A stretch of DNA of 64,000 nucleotides from Candidatus Eiseniibacteriota bacterium (GTDB lineage: Bacteria > Eisenbacteria > RBG-16-71-46). The stretch lies in contig JBGPFC010000016.1 of assembly GCA_041483195.1 (NCBI GenBank), positions 22,004 through 86,003 of the forward strand, given 5' to 3'. The position numbers were made by a program, and so were the translations under genes. The notes below the pieces were generated by a model. The model worked only from the letters and a program-made list of their open reading frames with translations. It searched no databases and had not been told where the DNA came from. Below are positions 58,358-64,000 of this stretch, piece after piece (position 1 is the first letter of the stretch; the number at the start of each line of letters is the position of its first letter).

Positions 58358-59644
58358 TCAGAGCATGCGGCGGGTGGTGAACGCGATTTCCAGGTGCGCC
58401 TCCCCGCGCAGGATTCCGAGCCGGTGCGTCTCGCCGGGGCGGCGGCACATCTCCCGCCACGCCGGCAGGCCGAGCTCGGCGGAGGGGGTTCCGTCCACGC
58501 GCTCGATCAGGTCGCCGGGCGCGAAGCCCGATTCCTCGGCCGGCGATGACGGCTGGATCCACTCCACCAGGAACGCCCGCGTTTCTCCGGGGCCGGCCCG
58601 CACGCCGAGACCGCTCATGTCCGCCTCGAACGGGTCGGCCAGCCGCGCGTTCGGCTCGAGAATCATGCGGCGGCGCGGATAATCGAAGATCACCTTGAAC
58701 CTCCGCAGCACGTCGCCGCCGATGTTGCCGCTCGCGCCGCTCGCCGCGATGTGGCCGACGTCGGAGACGCGCAGCGTTGCGGTCGGCGCATCGAGGCGGA
58801 TCCCGCCGAGCGTGAGGCTCGAGACGCGCGCGAGCAGATTCTGCGTCCCGCCCCCCACGCCGCGGTTGCGGACCTGGATGGTCTTCGGCACAGCCTCGAG
58901 CACGCGTTGCTCCCGCACGAACGGCGCGGCGAGAATGATCGCGTTCCCGGAGCCGGTGTCGATCACGAAGCGCCCATCGATCGGCGCGCGCCCTGGAAGC
59001 GTGATGCGCGCCCGCACGTAGGGCAGCCGCTCCTTGAATTCGAGCGGCAGCACCGTGCCGCCGCCGGCGTAGTGGTAGTGGTCGCCCTCGCGGATCGTGA
59101 GGGTCCCCGCCGCGTAATCGATCTCGACGACGCACCGGCTGAGCAGCGGATACCCGAGGATCGCGTCCAGGTCGCGCCCGGTCCGCGCACCGATGTCGTC
59201 GAGCGACAGCGTCGTGAGCGGCGCGCCGTCGAGCGCGACACCCGGCAGGTTCACCGTCGCGCCGCGCACCCGGCCGGCCTCCGCCGCGCCGCCCGAGCCG
59301 TGCGCCTCGCCCCCCTCCGCGATCGAGAGCCCGAGTTCGCGCGCGCGGCTGGCGTTGATGACGTCCGCCGCGGCGCCGGAGTCGAGCACGATCCAGAGCG
59401 AGTCCGAGGCATTCACGCGCCCGCGCAAGTAGACGAGATTGCCGCGCACGTCGATCGGCATGCGCACCACGCTCGAGTCGAGCGCGAGACGCCCCGGCCC
59501 GGCGCCGTGAGCGTCCGCGTCCCCGTACAACCCATGGCTCGCCGCGCTCGCGAGCGTGGAATGCGCGAGCGGCTCCACGGCGATCGCCGCGCAGCCGACC
59601 ACGAGCAGCGATCGGATCAGTCCTCGAAGCGCGTGCGTTCGCAG
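58358..59644 (-). CDS. Aspartyl protease family protein (two retropepsin-like domains plus PDZ); start uncertain
   Basis: LDSGA and IDTGS catalytic motifs, ILG and NIGG, C-terminal SPAE.SG...GD.I..VDG. Confidence 0.8.
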   Translation of the reverse strand: MRTHALRGLIRSLLVVGCAAIAVEPLAHSTLASAASHGLYGDADAHGAGPGRLALDSSVVRMPIDVRGNLVYLRGRVNASDSLWIVLDSGAAADVINASRARELGLSIAEGGEAHGSGGAAEAGRVRGATVNLPGVALDGAPLTTLSLDDIGARTGRDLDAILGYPLLSRCVVEIDYAAGTLTIREGDHYHYAGGGTVLPLEFKERLPYVRARITLPGRAPIDGRFVIDTGSGNAIILAAPFVREQRVLEAVPKTIQVRNRGVGGGTQNLLARVSSLTLGGIRLDAPTATLRVSDVGHIAASGASGNIGGDVLRRFKVIFDYPRRRMILEPNARLADPFEADMSGLGVRAGPGETRAFLVEWIQPSSPAEESGFAPGDLIERVDGTPSAELGLPAWREMCRRPGETHRLGILRGEAHLEIAFTTRRML

Positions 59645-59819
59645 TGGAGATCTTCTGTCGGGTGGATCGAGACGCGCTGGCGGCGGGAACAGAGGACGCA
59701 GGCTTGGATGGCTCAGGCACGCGATTGGTTGGACAGCGCGCCTCGCGGACGGCCCGCCGGTCGGGCGCGATGGACGCGCGCGGGCTCCATCGGAGGAGCG
59801 CCGCGGCTGCCGGCGGACT

Positions 59820-60509
59820 TCAAGCATTACTCGAAGTGCCGCCCCGAGTCGCACCCCGCGCGGCCCCAGCCAGGGCCTCGTGCATCGCATCCGCGAGCGG
59901 GCCCAACTGCCTGTCGAAAAAGTGAGTTGCGCCCGGGATCTCGATCAGCTGCCGGGGCTCGGCCCAGCGCGGCAGGACGGCATGCAGCCGGTCGCGGGGG
60001 CAAACGTCATCGCTGGTGCCCTGGAGGATGAGCTTGGGCACGGCCGTCGTCTCGAGCACGTCGAAGTTCGAGGTGGCGACCGGCGGCGCGATCAGGATCA
60101 ACTGCTCGATGCCCCGCTCCGAGGCGGCGAGTCGCGCGGCGATCCACGCGCCGAAGGAAAATCCCGCGAGCCAGCGCCGCGCTCCGGGGTAGCGGGCCGA
60201 GAGGAACGCCAGCGCGGCCCGCGCGTCATCGATCTCTCCCTCGTCGCCATCGAATCGCCCGTCGCTCGCGCCCACGCCGCGGAAGTTGAAACGCAACACG
60301 GCGGCGCCGAGCGAGTGCAGCACCGAGGCCGTGCGATGCACGATCTTGTTGTGCAGCGTGCCGCCGTAGAGCGGATGCGGATGGCACACCAGCGCGACGA
60401 GCGAGTGATCGTGCGCATCGCGCTCCTGGAGCAGGGCCTCGAGCCGGCCCGCCGGGCCATCGATCGAAAGCGGCTTAAGTCGCGCGGTCGATGCCGGGAC
60501 GCGCGTCAC
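59820..60509 (-). CDS. Alpha/beta fold hydrolase
   Basis: HPHPLYGGT, RFNFRGVG.S.G, GFSFG, G.SDDV, HFF. Confidence 0.88.
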   Translation of the reverse strand: MTRVPASTARLKPLSIDGPAGRLEALLQERDAHDHSLVALVCHPHPLYGGTLHNKIVHRTASVLHSLGAAVLRFNFRGVGASDGRFDGDEGEIDDARAALAFLSARYPGARRWLAGFSFGAWIAARLAASERGIEQLILIAPPVATSNFDVLETTAVPKLILQGTSDDVCPRDRLHAVLPRWAEPRQLIEIPGATHFFDRQLGPLADAMHEALAGAARGATRGGTSSNA

Positions 60510-60513
60510 GCCG

Positions 60514-60999
60514 TCAGGGCTTCGCCGGCTTGAAGCGGGCCGCCATCCGTTCCGCGAGCCCGCCGTCCAGCGTCGCGTAGTTGAGCGCGACCCCGTCGCC
60601 GAGCGCGAGCAGGCAGCCGGTGTCGATCATCCACTCCTCGAGCCCGAGCGGCGTCGTCTCGCTGAAGTCGTGGAGGTCGGTGGTCAGCCGGCCGGGGAAG
60701 GACTCGAACTCCTCGTTCCACTCGGTCGCGAGGATGAGTTCGTCGTTGCCGGTGAACAGACCCACCGAAGCGAGCTGGTCCAGGTCGCCGGGCGCGAGCA
60801 GCAGCACGCCGCGATGCTCGATCACGCGCACGCCCTCGGCGCGCAGCCGGCGCTTGACGATCGGCCACTCACCCGGCCGCTCCTGGCCGTCGAGCAGGGG
60901 AATCGCTGCCAGCTCGAAGTCCGGCAGCAGGTCGATGCCGGCGTCCACCACGTCGGCGACGGTCGCCTTCAGGCAACCATGATGAAGCCGATCGCTCAC
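60514..60999 (-). CDS. Hypothetical protein
   Basis: 161-aa ORF with normal composition, 4 nt upstream of the co-oriented hydrolase. Confidence 0.65.
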   Translation of the reverse strand: MSDRLHHGCLKATVADVVDAGIDLLPDFELAAIPLLDGQERPGEWPIVKRRLRAEGVRVIEHRGVLLLAPGDLDQLASVGLFTGNDELILATEWNEEFESFPGRLTTDLHDFSETTPLGLEEWMIDTGCLLALGDGVALNYATLDGGLAERMAARFKPAKP

Positions 61000-61091
61000 G
61001 GCGCCGGGAAGCGCGAGGGGCCTCTGTTCATGGCGGGGCGCATGGCGGGCGGCATTCTAGGCCCGGCGCCCGCCCGCGCCAAATGCGCCCC

Positions 61092-63098
61092 TCAGTCACC
61101 GGCTCCCGCGCCCGGCGCCTGAGGCCCCGGCGCGCCTTCCGATTTTCCGCTCGGCACGCTCAGCACCGGGACGCGGACCAGGTGGCGCAGACCCGAGGTG
61201 GTGCTGCCGTAGATCAGGTCCTGAAGGAGGCGGTGCCCGTGCGCGCCGGTCACGAGCAGATCCGCTCCCGACTCACGCACCAGACGCGCGAGCTCGAGCT
61301 TCGCGTCGCCGTGCCCGAGCATGACCCGCGTCGAGACGCCGCGCCGCCGCAGGTCCGCCGCCAGCGATTCGAGCGTCGCCTCGTCCTCGCGGCTTTCCTC
61401 GTCGGAGGAGTCGGGTCCGAGGTAGCGGCTCGCCGCGCTCTCCGCGACGTGGAGCAGCACCACCTCGCCGCCGGGGGCGAGACGCATGGCGCGAACGTGA
61501 TCGAGCACCACGCGATCGGCGGGACCGAGCTCGAGGGCGACCGCGACGTGGAGGTAGTTTCCATCGAGCGTCGGAACGGCCAGCGCCGGACGCTCGGACG
61601 CCGGCACGGGGCGCAGGGGCGGCAACGCGGGGACGCTCTCTGGGACGCGCCGGGCAATCGCGGGAAGGAAGCGGCGCAGCAACGGGGCAAGGGCGATGTA
61701 CGCGAGCAACAGTCCGGCGAGCGCCGTGAGTGGGAGCACCACGAGCTGGATCCAGGGACGAGCGGGGCCCGGCGTCGCGAGCCAGATCCCGAGCTGCTGG
61801 GCGACCAGATTGCAGTTCAGCCCCACGATGATCACCGTGCCGATCGCGGCGAGCGCGATCACCCACGGCGGGCTCACGAACTCACCCATCTTCCCGCGGT
61901 CGCTGGTGAACAGAATGAGCGGCACGACCGCGAACGACAGCTGGAGGCTCAAGACCACCTGCGAGAGGACGAGCAACCCGTCCACCGCGGATTCCCCGCG
62001 GGTCATGATGACGATCGCGGCCGGGATGATCGCGAGGCTCCGGCTGATCAGGCGCCGCAGCCAGGGACGGATGCGGATGCGGAGAAATCCCTCCATCACG
62101 ATCTGGCCGGCGAGCGTTCCGGTGATGGTGCTCGACTGGCCCGAGCACAGCAGCGCGATCGCGAACACGGTGGACGCGAGGCTGGTGCCGAGCAGCGGCG
62201 CGAGCAACCGGTGCGCGTCTTTGAGCTGCGCAACGTCCTGATGCCCGCTGGTGTGGAACACCGCCCCCGCGAGCACGAGAATCGCGGCGTTCACGAAGAA
62301 CGCGGCGTTGAGCGCCACCGCGGAATCCACGAAGTTCATGTGGCAGGCCTCGCGCTTGCCCTCGATCGAGCGCTCGACCCTGCGGCTCTGCACCAGCGAG
62401 CTGTGGAGGTAGAGGTTGTGCGGCATCACGGTGGCGCCGATGATCCCCATCGCGATGTAGAGCGAGTCCCCCGACAGGCCGAGCACCGACCAGCCGCGCG
62501 GCCCGTGTGCGATCAGGCTCGGACTGCCGCCGTCGCCGCGCGGGACGAAGCACCTCAAGATCGCGGGGATCTCGGGGCGTGACAGCAACATTTCGATCGC
62601 GAAGCACCCGCCCATGGTGGCGACCAGCACGATGATGATCGCCTCGAGGCGGCGCATGCCGAGCCGCCCGAGCGCGAGCAACAGCAGCACGTCGAGCGCG
62701 GTGATCATCACGCCCAGCCCGAGCGGGATGTGGAACAGGAGCTGGAGGCCGATCGCAGCGCCCAGCACCTCGGCGAGGTCGCACGCGACGATCGCGATCT
62801 CGCACAGCACCCAGAGCGGAAAGACGAGCGGCCGCGGATAGTAGTCGCGGCAGGCCTGCGCGAGATCCTTGCCGGTCACGACCCCGAGCCGCGCCGCGAG
62901 CGTCTGCAACAGGATCGCCAGCAGGTTGCTCAACAGCAGCACCCAGATCAGCCGGTAGCCGAAGCGCGCGCCGCCCGCGAGATCGGTGGCCCAGTTGCCG
63001 GGATCCATGTAGCCGACGCTCACCAGATACGCCGGCCCTGCGAACGCGAACATCCGCCGGATCCACGACCCGGCGGGCAGGGGCACGCTGCGGTGCAT
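61092..63098 (-). CDS. mntH: Nramp-family Mn2+/Fe2+ transporter with C-terminal universal stress protein domain
   Basis: VGYMDPGNWATD, DLAEVLG, GATVMPHNLYLHSS, GQSSTITGTLAGQIVMEGF; USP end GAHGHR...GST...VPVL. Confidence 0.93.
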   Translation of the reverse strand: MHRSVPLPAGSWIRRMFAFAGPAYLVSVGYMDPGNWATDLAGGARFGYRLIWVLLLSNLLAILLQTLAARLGVVTGKDLAQACRDYYPRPLVFPLWVLCEIAIVACDLAEVLGAAIGLQLLFHIPLGLGVMITALDVLLLLALGRLGMRRLEAIIIVLVATMGGCFAIEMLLSRPEIPAILRCFVPRGDGGSPSLIAHGPRGWSVLGLSGDSLYIAMGIIGATVMPHNLYLHSSLVQSRRVERSIEGKREACHMNFVDSAVALNAAFFVNAAILVLAGAVFHTSGHQDVAQLKDAHRLLAPLLGTSLASTVFAIALLCSGQSSTITGTLAGQIVMEGFLRIRIRPWLRRLISRSLAIIPAAIVIMTRGESAVDGLLVLSQVVLSLQLSFAVVPLILFTSDRGKMGEFVSPPWVIALAAIGTVIIVGLNCNLVAQQLGIWLATPGPARPWIQLVVLPLTALAGLLLAYIALAPLLRRFLPAIARRVPESVPALPPLRPVPASERPALAVPTLDGNYLHVAVALELGPADRVVLDHVRAMRLAPGGEVVLLHVAESAASRYLGPDSSDEESREDEATLESLAADLRRRGVSTRVMLGHGDAKLELARLVRESGADLLVTGAHGHRLLQDLIYGSTTSGLRHLVRVPVLSVPSGKSEGAPGPQAPGAGAGD

Positions 63099-63123
63099 CT
63101 CGGGCAGCGAGCGGCTCTCGCGT

Positions 63124-63810
63124 TCAGTGGCCGCGGCCCGCCTCCTTGCGCGGCTCGACCATCACGCCGTCGAGGCCCTCGCTGCCGGTGACGAAGCGCC
63201 GCCCCGAGACCTCGAGCTCGAACACGTCGTCGATCTCGCGCACGTCGCGCACCACCACCTCCGCCCCCGGCACCAGCCCCGATCGCTTCCAGTGCGCGAG
63301 GCGCCGCCCGCCCGGGTCGCGGTCGCGAATCTCGCGCACCGTGGCGCGAGCCCCACGCGCCAGCGATCCCAGCGGCGCGAGTGCGCGCGGGCGCAGGCGC
63401 CCCGCCCGATCGGGAATGAGATGTCCGTGAGGGTCTTCCCGGGGATGGCCCATCAGCCGATCCACGGCATCGAGCACGCGATCGCTGATGTGGTGCTCGA
63501 GGACCTCTGCGTCCTCGTGGACTTCCGCCCAATCGAGTCCCAGCACGCGCACCAGGAACGTCTCGAGGATGCGGTGGCGTCGCACGATCTCGATCGCCTG
63601 TCGGCGGCCGCGCGTCGTGAGCCGCGCGCCAGCGCGCGGCGCGTGCGCGACCAGCCGCCCGGCCGCGAGCTTGGCGAGCATGTGCGTGACCGACGGTGGC
63701 GACACCGCGAGCCGCTCCGCCAGCCGCGAAGTCGCCACCGCCCCGCCCTCCGGCCCGAGCGCATACAGCGCCTTCAAGTAATCCTGTTCGGAACGAGTGA
63801 GCGCCTGCAT
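63124..63810 (-). CDS. mntR: DtxR/MntR-family metal-dependent repressor with FeoA-like C-terminus
   Basis: QDYLKALY, LAVSPPSVT, RRHRILETFL, AEVLEH, DPHGHLIP. Confidence 0.9.
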   Translation of the reverse strand: MQALTRSEQDYLKALYALGPEGGAVATSRLAERLAVSPPSVTHMLAKLAAGRLVAHAPRAGARLTTRGRRQAIEIVRRHRILETFLVRVLGLDWAEVHEDAEVLEHHISDRVLDAVDRLMGHPREDPHGHLIPDRAGRLRPRALAPLGSLARGARATVREIRDRDPGGRRLAHWKRSGLVPGAEVVVRDVREIDDVFELEVSGRRFVTGSEGLDGVMVEPRKEAGRGH

Positions 63811-63857
63811 GCGGTACCTCGGATCTGACTCCAAGCGTTCGCGGGCGAAGTTGCCCG

Positions 63858-63887
63858 TTAGACTAGTCTAATTGTGACGTTCGTCAA
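63858..63887 (-). promoter_or_regulatory. mntR-mntH promoter with palindromic operator TTAGACTAGTCTAA
   Basis: Perfect 14-bp palindrome at 63858-63871 overlapping -10 TAGTCT (63865-63860); -35 TTGACG (63887-63882) with a 16-nt spacer. Confidence 0.7.
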
Positions 63888-63907
63888 GACTAATGTCGCG
63901 CCACGTG

Positions 63908-64000
63908 CGGGGGCGGGGGGCGCGGGGGGGGGGGGGGGCCCCCCCAGCGGGTAAACGATATTGTGCGCGGGGGGCCCCGCCCCCGCCCCCCCCCCCCCCC
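63908..64000. other. Low-complexity G/C homopolymer tract, probably low-quality sequence
   Basis: Long G and C runs at the window end, unlike the rest of the window. Confidence 0.6.

Noticed and set aside
63908..64000. G-quadruplex or functional G/C repeat
   Set aside because: Irregular homopolymer runs at the sequence end look more like a low-quality read or contig end

Overview
Very GC-rich bacterial window that is gene-dense and mostly housekeeping. Secreted proteins with FlgD-Ig/'PNPF'-type C-terminal domains suggest a Candidatus Eisenbacteria-like lineage (inference only). Left to right it contains: a DUF1702/UnbL (enediyne E3-like) gene that runs off the left edge on the minus strand and is absent from the ORF track; a murQ-anmK-SpoIID/LytB peptidoglycan-recycling unit; mutM; an ABC-2 exporter; a DEAD-box helicase with systematically degenerate ATPase motifs; an AlaX-like editing protein; a sigma54 activator lacking a sensory domain; moaC-moeA behind a symmetric bidirectional promoter; etfBA followed by nuoA-H and nuoJ-N (no nuoI); three XRE-cupin regulators; lysA and mobA; a heterodimeric ABC exporter; an MFS transporter; an acyl-CoA synthetase; envelope-modification genes; secreted CTD proteins; a MacA/MacB-like pair; a CDF transporter; an aspartyl protease-PDZ protein; and mntR-mntH with a palindromic operator. 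The last ~95 bp are G/C homopolymer runs, probably low-quality sequence. No rRNA, tRNA, CRISPR array or mobile element was recognised. The most notable lead is the E3-like gene, which predicts an enediyne-type PKS cassette just left of the window. Products were assigned from recognised motifs without database searches, and most starts were re-picked by eye.
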